From the NCBI GenBank assembly GCA_040218735.1, contig JAVJQW010000038.1, positions 128,001 through 192,000 on the forward strand: a stretch of DNA of 64,000 nt. The letters run 5' to 3'. A program made the position numbers and the translations under genes. Numbering within the stretch: position 1 is the first letter of the stretch; each line of letters begins with the position of its first letter. The notes beneath the pieces were generated by a model, which saw nothing but the letters and a program-made list of their open reading frames with translations, was not told the DNA's origin and searched no databases. Shown one piece after another: positions 19,356 to 28,348 of the stretch. The DNA comes from Deltaproteobacteria bacterium. GTDB lineage: Bacteria > Myxococcota > Kuafuiibacteriia > Kuafuiibacteriales > Kuafuiibacteriaceae.

Positions 19356-20455
19356 CAGTTCGGGCCCATGAACTTCTTCGCGGCTTCGAGGCGCTGGGGG
19401 ATGCCGAGCTGACCGGCGATGTCCGGGTACTCTTCGACGAGTGACTCCCAGGCTTCGATCGCCTCGCGCTGCCGGCGCTGCGCCTGAAGCATGACGGTGC
19501 CGAACATCCAACGCACCTGCGGGTCCGTTGGGTGGTCGTCGTAGGCCGCCTCGATCATCTTCGCGGCGTCGTCGACCTTGCCCTGCGCGAGGTACGTCTC
19601 GGCGAGGCCCGCGCGCGCCGACGGATCGCCGGGGCGCAGCTTCAACGCTTCGGTGTACGCGGTCTGCGCGGCGGGGATGTCGTTCTGTCGTGTCGCCGCG
19701 AGGGCCTTCTGGATCGCGAGGCCGTAGGCGTTGAGCTGGCCGACGTCCTGTGCGTCACCCTCGCCGTGACCGGGGACGCCCGCGGGACCGTTCGGTGCTC
19801 CGGTCGGCGAGCCGGGCGAATGCGGCGAGCCCGGCGCGTTCGGGTCGTTGGTTGCGGCGGGGCCATGGGCACCGGGCGGCGTGGCGGCCGGCTGCGACGC
19901 GGGTTGGGAGGACGGGCCGATCGCGATCTGCTCGTTGGGGTCCGGCGGACCGATGCGCGCAGTGATCTGATCGATGCGCGACTTCACGTAGGCTGCGCGC
20001 TCGTGTTCACCCGCCACGGCGAGGAAGTGCATGTACGCGCGGCGCGCGTCGGCGAGCGAGCGTTCGTCGCCGTTGGACTCCATGATCGTGCCGAGCGCGT
20101 AGAGGCACATCGGCTCGTTGCGGTTGAGCTGAAAGCAGCTCTTCAGGCGGTCGATCGACTTTTGGTAGTAGCCGAGCTTCAGGTACGTGTTCGCGAGCCC
20201 GGCGAGCACCGGGGTCTTCGGGGCGCCGAGCGCTTCGGCGCGGACGTACGCGTCGGCGGCGTCGAAGAATTGGTCCGCGGCGAAGTACATGTCCGCGAGC
20301 GCGAGCCAGGCGGCGCCGTCGTTCGGCGCGGACTGCAGCTGCGCTTTCTGTTGCGCGATGCGCCGGGCGAGGCCTGGATCCGCGATGTCCTTCTTCGCGA
20401 AGTCGACCTCACACGCGACGAGGGCTAGGGCCGACAAGAGCGCGACACGTCTCAC
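19355..20455 (-). CDS. tetratricopeptide-repeat lipoprotein
   Basis: ALVAC lipobox; two TPR clusters separated by a Pro/Gly-rich linker. Confidence 0.85.
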   Translation of the reverse strand: MRRVALLSALALVACEVDFAKKDIADPGLARRIAQQKAQLQSAPNDGAAWLALADMYFAADQFFDAADAYVRAEALGAPKTPVLAGLANTYLKLGYYQKSIDRLKSCFQLNRNEPMCLYALGTIMESNGDERSLADARRAYMHFLAVAGEHERAAYVKSRIDQITARIGPPDPNEQIAIGPSSQPASQPAATPPGAHGPAATNDPNAPGSPHSPGSPTGAPNGPAGVPGHGEGDAQDVGQLNAYGLAIQKALAATRQNDIPAAQTAYTEALKLRPGDPSARAGLAETYLAQGKVDDAAKMIEAAYDDHPTDPQVRWMFGTVMLQAQRRQREAIEAWESLVEEYPDIAGQLGIPQRLEAAKKFMGPN

Positions 20456-20982
20456 GACGGGGACGATCCTCGGGAGACGGCCGAACAGTCAAGGCGGCCC
20501 GGCGCGAGCCAGACGGTGGCCGGGTCGTCGGTCAGCGCGTCCAGGAGCTCGAGGACCGTTCGATTCGGCCCCGAAATCACGTGGTGGGGCGCCAGCTCGG
20601 CCAGGGGGGCGAGCACGAAGCGCCGGGTCGCGATCCCCGCGTGGGGGACGGTGAGGAGGGGGCGATCGATGCGGGCGTCGCCGTACAGGAGGAGGTCCAC
20701 GTCGATTTCCCTGGGGCCCCAGCGGACGACGGGGGTGCTGCGGCCGACGTGGCGCTCGGTGGCCTTGAGCTCGGCGAGGAGCGCGATGGGGGAGAGCACG
20801 GTCTCCACTTCGACGACGGTGTTGAGGTAGGGCGGCTGGTCGGGGGGCCCCATCGGTGCCGACCCGTACCAACGCGCGCTTCGCACGACCTGCGTATAGG
20901 GGCGTTCGAGGCGGGCGAGCGCGCGGTCGAACGCGCGCGGCGGGTCGCCGAGATTCGCGCCGAGGCCGAGATAGCACCGCAC
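20452..20982 (-). CDS. folK: 2-amino-4-hydroxy-6-hydroxymethyldihydropteridine diphosphokinase
   Basis: YLGLGANLGD, DQPPYLNTVV, RWGPREIDVDLL, LTVPH and RRFVLAPLAEL. This is the 3' part of track ORF 20452..21963. Confidence 0.95.
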   Translation of the reverse strand: MRCYLGLGANLGDPPRAFDRALARLERPYTQVVRSARWYGSAPMGPPDQPPYLNTVVEVETVLSPIALLAELKATERHVGRSTPVVRWGPREIDVDLLLYGDARIDRPLLTVPHAGIATRRFVLAPLAELAPHHVISGPNRTVLELLDALTDDPATVWLAPGRLDCSAVSRGSSPS

Positions 20983-21018
20983 CGGGTGAGCATCGATCGT
21001 GTTAGGGAACAAGTCGAC

Positions 21019-22056
21019 GTGGATGTCATCGAACTGACGAAAGAGCTCGTCGCGATCCCCTCCGTCACGAACGACGAAGGGGAGGTCTGCCGGCTGGTCA
21101 TCGACCGACTCGAGGCCGCCGGGTGGCTGGTCACGACGCAGGAGATCGCGCCCGAGGACGGTGCGACGCCGGCGCTGCCGCGGCTGAACGTGCTCGCGCG
21201 GGTCGCGGACCGGACCCCGGACGTGGTGCTCACCACGCACCTCGACACGGTGCCGCCGTTCATCCCGCCGACCGAGGACGACGCCCGGATCTACGGTCGC
21301 GGTACGTGTGACGCGAAGGGGATCTTCGCGGCGCAGTGGATCGCGGCGGAGCGCCTGCGCGCGGAGGGCCACGAGGGCATCGCGCTGATGGGCGTGGTCG
21401 GCGAGGAGACGGACTCGATCGGCGCGAAGCTGATCGCGCCGCTGTTGCCGGCGGCGAAGTGGATCATCGACGGCGAGCCGACGCAGATGAAGTTCGCGTC
21501 GGGCGCGAAGGGCATCCTCGCGCTGGCGGTGACGGCGAAGGGGAAGGCGGGGCACAGCGCCTACCCGGAGGTCGGTCACAACGCGCTGCACGACCTGGTG
21601 CCGGCGTTGGCGCGGTTGATTTCGGCCGAGCTGCCGTTCGAGGAGCGTTACGGCCAGACGACGGTGAACATCGGCGTGATGAACGGCGGCGTGGCGCCCA
21701 ACGTGTTGGCGCCGGCGGCGTCGGCGCGGGTGATGATTCGGTTGGGGACGACGGTCGAGAAGGTGCTCCCCGAGGTGCGGTCGTTGTTGGGGGACGCGTT
21801 GGAGGTCGAGATCACTTCGACGAGTGAGCCGCACCCGATGCCGGTGCCGGACGGTCGCGACGCGGACGTCGTGAAGTTCGGGTCGGACGTGCCGTACCTG
21901 ATGAAGCTCGGCAAGACGATGTTGGTCGGCCCGGGCTCGATTCACGATGCGCACACGTCGCACGAGAAGATCGAGAAGCAGGAGCTGCTCGACGCGGTCG
22001 AGCTGTACGCGGACGTCGCGCGGATGTTGCTGACGGCCGAAGGAGGTGCCGCGTGA
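21019..22056 (+). CDS. M20 family metallo-hydrolase (ArgE/DapE-like deacylase)
   Basis: LVAIPSVT, THLDTVPP, YGRGTCDAKG, VGEETDS, GEPT, GKAGHSAYPE and AHTSHEKI. Confidence 0.92.
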   Translation: MDVIELTKELVAIPSVTNDEGEVCRLVIDRLEAAGWLVTTQEIAPEDGATPALPRLNVLARVADRTPDVVLTTHLDTVPPFIPPTEDDARIYGRGTCDAKGIFAAQWIAAERLRAEGHEGIALMGVVGEETDSIGAKLIAPLLPAAKWIIDGEPTQMKFASGAKGILALAVTAKGKAGHSAYPEVGHNALHDLVPALARLISAELPFEERYGQTTVNIGVMNGGVAPNVLAPAASARVMIRLGTTVEKVLPEVRSLLGDALEVEITSTSEPHPMPVPDGRDADVVKFGSDVPYLMKLGKTMLVGPGSIHDAHTSHEKIEKQELLDAVELYADVARMLLTAEGGAA

Positions 22057-22634
22057 GCGTCACGATCAATCGCGTCTACACCGGCGTCGGCGACGCCGGC
22101 ACCACCCGCCTCGCGGGCGGCCAGGAGGTCGCGAAGACCGACGCGCGCATCGAAGCGTACGGCACCGTCGACGAGCTGAACGCCGCGCTGGGCGTGGTCG
22201 CGGAGCACGTGCGCGGGGACGACCGGCACGCGGTGTTGTGCCGAGCGGTGCTGCGGATCCAGAACGAGCTGTTCGACCTCGGCGGTGAGCTCGCGGTGCT
22301 CCCCGAGGACCGCCACGAGAAGCAGCAACTCGTGACCGCGGAGGACGCGTCGAGGCTGGAAGCGGAGATGGACGCGTGGAACGCGGAGCTGGAGACTTTG
22401 AGGTCGTTCATCCTGCCCGGCGGCGGGAAGACGTCGGCGTTCCTGCACGTGGCGCGCACGACGTGCCGTCGCGCAGAGCGCAGGCTGGTTGGGTTGCACG
22501 CCGAGGCGCCGCAGAGGGATGTGGCGCTGAAGTACCTGAACCGGTTGAGTGACTGGCTGTTCGTGGCCGGGAGGTTCGCGGCGAAGGCGGAGGGGGAGGC
22601 CGAGGTGCTGTGGCGGCCGGGAGATCGGAGCTGA
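22053..22634 (+). CDS. PduO-type ATP:cob(I)alamin adenosyltransferase
   Basis: [49 protein letters not shown] and [10 protein letters not shown]. Confidence 0.95.
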   Translation: MSVTINRVYTGVGDAGTTRLAGGQEVAKTDARIEAYGTVDELNAALGVVAEHVRGDDRHAVLCRAVLRIQNELFDLGGELAVLPEDRHEKQQLVTAEDASRLEAEMDAWNAELETLRSFILPGGGKTSAFLHVARTTCRRAERRLVGLHAEAPQRDVALKYLNRLSDWLFVAGRFAAKAEGEAEVLWRPGDRS

Positions 22635-22648
22635 GCGGGTCGGCGCCC

Positions 22649-22780
22649 GAATCCGAGTCCGAATCCGAGTCCGAATCCGAGTCCGAATCCGAGTCCGAAT
22701 CCGAGTCCGAATCCGAGTCCGAATCCGAGTCCGAATCCGAGTCCGAATCCGAATCCGAATCCGAGTCCGAATCCGAATCC
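22649..22780. repeat. hexamer microsatellite (GAATCC/GAGTCC) x22 between convergent genes
   Basis: Read directly from the sequence: 132 bp of mostly alternating GAATCC and GAGTCC units. Confidence 0.97.
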
Positions 22781-22809
22781 GAACTAAAATCCGCGCTCAG
22801 CGCCCCGAC

Positions 22810-25230
22810 TCAGTACAAGTCATACGACCCCGAGATCGCCGCCTCGTTCACGGCCCCCGCGACGGCATCCGCCAACGCCTTCAGCGGGCCGCTCCCGCCG
22901 CGGCGATCCGAGATGCTCACGTTCGTGCACACCGCGACGTTGATCTGCTTGCTCCCCGTCCCGAAGTAGTCCTCCTCGAACTTCGCGACGTACGTCGTGC
23001 CGCCGCCGAGGCGGCCGTTGTGCGCGAGCTTCTTCCCGGCGCGGTCCCAGCCGTGCGCGAAGCTGCTCTTGCCCGGGTACGGCCGGTCCTCCATCAGGTC
23101 CAGCGTCGCGCCCGACAACACGTCCGGGTGGTTCGTCTTCTGGTCCGTGCCCAGCATCAGCCGCACCAGATCCCCGGCGCTCGCTTTCCACCCGCCGGCG
23201 GCCAGGCCGAGGTTGTTCGTCGAGTCGCCGACGTACGCCTCGGGGAGCTCGTTCACGTAGTTGTGCCGGTGCATGTCGATCGACTGCTGCCCCTGGCTGT
23301 GCTCGCGGATGTTCAGACCGAGCGGGTTGATGATGTAGTTGAGCGCGTAGTTCCTGAACGTCATGCCCGAGCGCTCCGCGACGATGTGGCCGACGAGGCC
23401 CGCGCCGTGGTTGCTGTACGACTCGGACGAGCCCGGCGCGAACTTCAGCTTGCGCGTGCGCAGGACGTACTCGTGCACGTGCTGGTAGTCGAGGTTGTCC
23501 TCCGACGTGTTGAACATACGCTCCGCCCCGACCACGTCACCGCTGCGCGAGAAGCCCGAGGAGTGCGACATCAGGTGGTCGACCTTCATGTCCTGGTAGT
23601 ACGCGTTCCAGTCCTTCGAGCCGTCGAACGCGTAGCCGGGGATCGTGTAGTTCGCCGGGCCCGCGTAGTAGTCGAGGTTCCGGCTCGTGCCGCGCGTGAA
23701 CGTCCCGTCGCTGTAGAACGCGTAGACGCGGCTGTTCGACTTCGCGATGCCCATGCCCGAGATGAAGTAGGGCGTCTTGCCCGGCGTCGTGCTGTACGTC
23801 TGCGGCGCGATGTCCGCGTCGAAGTCCGTCGCCGTCCCAGCGCTGCGCCGACCGTCGTCGTACCAGACGTAGAGCGAGCCGCTCGGCGCGAAGTCCATCC
23901 CGACCACGTGCGACATGCTGTAGCCGCTCGGGAGCGACACCTTCACGTCCTCGTCGCGCTCCGTGTACTGGTCGAGGTTCCACGTCGTGCCGATGCTGTA
24001 CGTGCCGTCGTCGTAGTACGCGACCACGCGGCTGTTCGGCCGGATCGCGATCCCGCGGATGTCCTCGACCTTCATCCCCGGCGGCAAAGAGTAGTTGTAC
24101 GGCGTGCCGTAGTAGTCCGGGTCGTAGCTCGTGCCTTCGCTCACCGTGCCGTCGTGGTTCCAGGTGTAGACGTGGTCACTCGGCGCGATCGCCTTCGCGA
24201 CGATCGGCTGGTGGCGCTCGACGCCCTGCGTGTACGCCGACGTGTAGATCCAATTCGGCAGCGCGCCGCCGAAGCCGTAGAGCGGCATGCCGACGTCGAA
24301 GCTCGTGGTCTGGTGCAGGTGCATCGCGGAGAGCGCGGTGATGACCTTGCTGACGCTGCCGATGCGGCACCGCATGTCGTCCTGCATCCGCGTCCCGTTC
24401 GTGAAGTTGCCGAAGCCGTAACCCTTCTCCGCGACGACGCGCCCGTTCTTCGAGACCGACACCCCGAGACCGGGGAGGCGGTAGCGCCGGAGCACGTCCA
24501 TCGCGGCCGCGTCGATCTCGTCGGCGATCGAGCTGAACGCCGCGCCGAGCTCGACGTCGTGGTACCAGGCGTACACGCGGTCGTTCGAGCCTGCGATGCC
24601 GATGTCGATGATGTGGCCGATCTTCTTCCCGCTCGGCACCGAATAGGTATAGGGCGCCGAATAGTAGTCGAGGTCGCGTGACCAGCCGGCGCTCACGGTG
24701 CCGTCCGAGTAGAACGCGTAGACCCGATCGTTCGAGCCGGCGATGCCGATGCCCACGATGTCCGAGACGACGCGCCCGGGCGGCAAAGTGAACGGCTGCG
24801 GATCCTGGTAGGCGCCGAGGTCCTGCGACCAGCCTTCGCTGACGGTGCCGTCGGCGTACCAGGTGAACACGTGGTCGTTCGAGCCCGCGATCGCCATCGC
24901 GACGATGTCCCAGTAGTCCTTGCCCTCCGGCAGCACGTAGTCGGTGAGGCCCGAGTGGTACTGGAAGTTCTGGGTCGTTCCGCTGGAGACGTGCCCGTCC
25001 GCGTACCAGACGTAGACGTGGTCGTTGCTGCCGGCGATCCCCATGCCGACGATCGCGCCCTGGTCGCTCGCGGACGGGTAACCGACGAGCGCGCTGGAGT
25101 ACGCCTGCCCGAGGTTCCAGGTGGTCCCGGCGCTGACGTAGCGCTGGGAGTGCGCCGCGTCGGCGTTCGACGCGCACAACGACGCGACGCCGACGAGGGC
25201 GGTAAAGAGTTGGGTCTTGGTGAGTTTCAT
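22810..25230 (-). CDS. secreted serine hydrolase (beta-lactamase/AmpC-like) with about 50-aa beta-repeat domains
   Basis: Signal peptide. Catalytic motifs IGSVSK (SxxK), LMSHSSG, YSNHG (YxN) and HNGRLGG. Repeats of GIAGSND.VY.WY.DGTVS.G. Confidence 0.88.
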   Translation of the reverse strand: MKLTKTQLFTALVGVASLCASNADAAHSQRYVSAGTTWNLGQAYSSALVGYPSASDQGAIVGMGIAGSNDHVYVWYADGHVSSGTTQNFQYHSGLTDYVLPEGKDYWDIVAMAIAGSNDHVFTWYADGTVSEGWSQDLGAYQDPQPFTLPPGRVVSDIVGIGIAGSNDRVYAFYSDGTVSAGWSRDLDYYSAPYTYSVPSGKKIGHIIDIGIAGSNDRVYAWYHDVELGAAFSSIADEIDAAAMDVLRRYRLPGLGVSVSKNGRVVAEKGYGFGNFTNGTRMQDDMRCRIGSVSKVITALSAMHLHQTTSFDVGMPLYGFGGALPNWIYTSAYTQGVERHQPIVAKAIAPSDHVYTWNHDGTVSEGTSYDPDYYGTPYNYSLPPGMKVEDIRGIAIRPNSRVVAYYDDGTYSIGTTWNLDQYTERDEDVKVSLPSGYSMSHVVGMDFAPSGSLYVWYDDGRRSAGTATDFDADIAPQTYSTTPGKTPYFISGMGIAKSNSRVYAFYSDGTFTRGTSRNLDYYAGPANYTIPGYAFDGSKDWNAYYQDMKVDHLMSHSSGFSRSGDVVGAERMFNTSEDNLDYQHVHEYVLRTRKLKFAPGSSESYSNHGAGLVGHIVAERSGMTFRNYALNYIINPLGLNIREHSQGQQSIDMHRHNYVNELPEAYVGDSTNNLGLAAGGWKASAGDLVRLMLGTDQKTNHPDVLSGATLDLMEDRPYPGKSSFAHGWDRAGKKLAHNGRLGGGTTYVAKFEEDYFGTGSKQINVAVCTNVSISDRRGGSGPLKALADAVAGAVNEAAISGSYDLY

Positions 25231-25335
25231 GCCGGCGGCACATTCCGAAAAACGTGCCAGCCGACTTGGTGGGCGCGCGCGGCGTGAACCGGCGCGGTGG
25301 ACAGTCCGCGGACTGTCCGGCGTTCAGCTACGCGG

Positions 25336-27360
25336 TCACCAGATCTTCACGCGCTGGTCGGGCGCGCGGTACAGCTCGTCGCCTTCCTTCACTTCGAAGG
25401 CCTCGTAGAACTCCGGCATGTTCGAGAGGATGCCGATGACGCGGAAGCGGCTCGGCGAGTGCGGGTCGACCACGAGCCGCCGCTCCAGCTCCGCGTCGCG
25501 GTACTTGCGGCGCCAGATCTGACCCCAGCCGAGGAAGAAGCGCTGGTTGCCGGTGTAGCCGTCGATGACCGGCGCTTCGCCGCCCTCGAGCGAGAGCTGG
25601 TACGCGCGGTACGCGATCGTCAGGCCGCCGAGGTCGCCGATGTTCTCGCCGAGCGTCAGCTCGCCGTTCACGGTCTTCCCCGGGAGCGCCTCGTACTGGT
25701 TGTACTGCTCGACCATCAGCTGCGAGCGCTTCTTGAACTCCTCCGCGTCCTGCTCCGTCCACCAGTCGACGAGGTTGCCGTCGCCGTTCGACTTGCGGCC
25801 CTGGTCGTCGAAGCCGTGCGAAAGCTCGTGCCCGATGACCGCGCCGATCGCGCCGTAGTTCACGGCGTCGTCCGCCGCGAGGTTGAAGAACGGCGGCTGG
25901 AGGATCGCGGCGGGGAACACGATCTCGTTCATCACGGGGTTGTAGTACGCGTTCACCGTGTGCGGCCGCATGAACCACTCGTTCTTGTCGATCGGCCCGC
26001 CGAGGTACGCGATGCGGCGGTCGTGCTCGAACGCCTGCGCGCGCATCGCGTTGCCGAACGCGTCGTCCGCCTTCACTTCGAGCTTTCCGTAGTCACGCCA
26101 CACGTCCGGGTAGCCGATCTTGGTCGTGAACTTCGACAGCTTCTCCTTCGCCTTCTTCTTCGTCTCCGGGCTCATCCACTCCAGCGACTCGATGCCGCCG
26201 TCGAACGCACGGATCAGGTTGGCGACGAGCTCCTTCATGCGCGCCTTCGCCTCCGGCTTGAAGTGCCGCTCGACGTAGATCTTCCCGAGCGCCTCGCCGA
26301 TGTGCGCGTCCATGATCTCGAGCGCGCGCTTCTCGCGCGGGCGGATCTCTTCGACGCCCGACAGCGCCTTGCCGTGGAACGCGAAGTGCGCGTCGACGAA
26401 CGCCTTGGGGAGCAGCGTCGCGTAGTCGTCGATGACCGCGGCCTTGAGGTACATCTTCCAGTCGTCGAGCGGGACCTCTTCGACCGCCTTCGAGACACCC
26501 TCGAAGAAGCTCGGCTGACGCACGATGACCGCCTCGGGCTTCGGCAGCTTCGTGCCCTCCGCCCACGCGGCCCAGTCGATCGCCGGCGCGAGCGTGCTCA
26601 GCTCGGCGAACGTCTTCTTGTTGTACGTCTTGTCGCGGTCACGGCTCTCGGTGCGCGTCCACGAAACCTCCGCGAGGCGCTTCTCGAGCGCTGAGACTTG
26701 CGGGCGCGTCGACGCCGCGTCGGCGCCGATCGCCTGCGTGAGGAGCGTGTCGAGGTACGTGTCGAACGCGGCACGCGCGGCGTCCATCTTCTCGCCCTCC
26801 TTGAAGTAGTAGTCGCGGTCGGGGAGGCCGAGGCCGTTCTGCGTGAGGTACCCGATGTACTGCGTCGAGTTCTTCGCGTCCTGGTTGACGTAGAACCCGA
26901 GCGGGTTGCGGACGCCGACGCGCTCGAGCTTGCCGAACATCATCGCGAGGCCCTTCTTGTCCGCGATGGCGTCGATCTCGGCGAGCAGCGCCTTCACGGG
27001 CTCGAGGCCTCGGGACTCGATCGTCTTCGTGTCCATGTACGCCGTGAAGTAGTCGGAGATCTTCTTGGCGTCCGGCGAGTCGGAGACCTTGCCGGCGGCG
27101 ATGTCGTCGACGATCGCCTTGAGGTTCTTCTCGGACTCGTCGACGAGCACGGTGAACGAGCCGTAGTTGCTGCGGTCGGACGGGATCTTGGTCTGGTCCA
27201 ACCACTTCTTGTTCACGTGCAGGTAGAAGTCGTCCTGCGGCCGAATCTCGGCGGTGACGTCGGCGTCGACACCGGAGATCAGGTCGCCGTGGCCGTTGCC
27301 GTTTCCGGACGTGGCGCAGGCGAAGAGAGCGGGGAGCGCGAAGAGCGTGATTCGTCGCAT
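25336..27360 (-). CDS. M13 family metallopeptidase (PepO/neprilysin-like), lipoprotein
   Basis: RPQDDFY, VNAYY, FPAAILQPPFF, IGHELSHGFDDQG, GENIGDLGG and DPHSP. Confidence 0.97.
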   Translation of the reverse strand: MRRITLFALPALFACATSGNGNGHGDLISGVDADVTAEIRPQDDFYLHVNKKWLDQTKIPSDRSNYGSFTVLVDESEKNLKAIVDDIAAGKVSDSPDAKKISDYFTAYMDTKTIESRGLEPVKALLAEIDAIADKKGLAMMFGKLERVGVRNPLGFYVNQDAKNSTQYIGYLTQNGLGLPDRDYYFKEGEKMDAARAAFDTYLDTLLTQAIGADAASTRPQVSALEKRLAEVSWTRTESRDRDKTYNKKTFAELSTLAPAIDWAAWAEGTKLPKPEAVIVRQPSFFEGVSKAVEEVPLDDWKMYLKAAVIDDYATLLPKAFVDAHFAFHGKALSGVEEIRPREKRALEIMDAHIGEALGKIYVERHFKPEAKARMKELVANLIRAFDGGIESLEWMSPETKKKAKEKLSKFTTKIGYPDVWRDYGKLEVKADDAFGNAMRAQAFEHDRRIAYLGGPIDKNEWFMRPHTVNAYYNPVMNEIVFPAAILQPPFFNLAADDAVNYGAIGAVIGHELSHGFDDQGRKSNGDGNLVDWWTEQDAEEFKKRSQLMVEQYNQYEALPGKTVNGELTLGENIGDLGGLTIAYRAYQLSLEGGEAPVIDGYTGNQRFFLGWGQIWRRKYRDAELERRLVVDPHSPSRFRVIGILSNMPEFYEAFEVKEGDELYRAPDQRVKIW

Positions 27361-27409
27361 TGCGCCCTTGCAGACGACGGATCACCCCCGACCGTCAAGA
27401 AGTAAGGGG

Positions 27410-28255
27410 TCACGGTTCGGTCACGGTGAACGTATCGCACCGTTCGTACTGGCCCGTCTGCAACCCGCGACGGAACCACGCGACGCGCTGCGCCGAAGTT
27501 CCATGGGTGAAGGTCTCGGGCGCAACGGTGCCACGCGCACGTTTCTGCAGGCGGTCGTCACCGATCGCCGCGGCCGCGCGGAGGCCCTCTTCGACGTCGC
27601 CCTCTTCGAGCAGCCCGCGCTTCGCGGCGTGGTGGCCCCAGACGCCGGCGTAGCAGTCGGCCTGCAGCTCCTGTCGGACCGACAGCGCATTCGCCTGCGC
27701 CTTCGGCAACGTTCGTTTCTTCGCGTGCACCTGGCGCGACACGCCGGTGAGCGACTGGATGTGGTGCCCGACCTCGTGCGCGATGACGTACGCCTGGGCG
27801 AAGTCTCCGGGCGCGCCGTAGCGCTGCGCGAGCGCGTCGAAGAACGACAGGTCGATGTACACCTGGTTGTCGCCCGGACAGTAGAACGGGCCGACCGCAG
27901 CGCTCTGGAGCCCACACGCCGACTGGACGCGGTCGCGGAAGAGCACCAGCTTCGGATCGCGGTACGTGTCGCCGCGCTGCGCGAAGAGGGCGCGCCACGT
28001 CGTCTCGGTGTCACCGAGCACCACGCGGACGAACTCGGAGGCCTCGTCGCGGACCGCGGGGGTCGAGGTGTCGCGCGGTGCGGGCGCCTCGGTGCTCACG
28101 ATGGACAACAGCGTCGAGGGCTCCACGCCGAGGTAGAGCCCGACGATGACGACGACGATCGCGCCGACGCCGCCGATCAACGGTTTGCCGCGCCGTCCGC
28201 CGCCGCCGCGCCGATCGATGACGTTGTCGCTCCGACGTCCGCCTTGCCACTTCAT
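27410..28255 (-). CDS. neutral zinc metallopeptidase, YpfJ family
   Basis: MKWQGGRRSDNV, GPFYCPGD, GDFAQAYVIAHEVGHHIQ, ELQADCYAG, AIGDDRLQ and FTHGTSAQR. Confidence 0.95.
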   Translation of the reverse strand: MKWQGGRRSDNVIDRRGGGGRRGKPLIGGVGAIVVVIVGLYLGVEPSTLLSIVSTEAPAPRDTSTPAVRDEASEFVRVVLGDTETTWRALFAQRGDTYRDPKLVLFRDRVQSACGLQSAAVGPFYCPGDNQVYIDLSFFDALAQRYGAPGDFAQAYVIAHEVGHHIQSLTGVSRQVHAKKRTLPKAQANALSVRQELQADCYAGVWGHHAAKRGLLEEGDVEEGLRAAAAIGDDRLQKRARGTVAPETFTHGTSAQRVAWFRRGLQTGQYERCDTFTVTEP

Positions 28256-28307
28256 CGGCGCGGGATGTTGGTCGCAGCGGTCGACGGGAGCAACCCCGGC
28301 GACTCCG

Positions 28308-28348
28308 CTTCGACGCGACTCACTTCGACGCGACTCACTTCGACGCGA
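28308..28348. repeat. 15-bp tandem repeat (CTTCGACGCGACTCA) x2.7 covering the stop of the PQQ-repeat gene
   Basis: Copies start at 28308, 28323 and 28338. Confidence 0.9.

Noticed and set aside
22649-22780. CRISPR array, or a real poly-ES protein (ORF 22610..22969)
   Set aside because: The hexamers have no spacers and no cas genes are present. The ORF exists only because the repeat has no stops, and it overlaps genes on both sides.
25243-25261. Sigma-54 promoter upstream of the serine hydrolase (minus strand CTGGCACGTTTTTCGG)
   Set aside because: The -24 TGGCACG is good, but the -12 position reads GG instead of the required GC.
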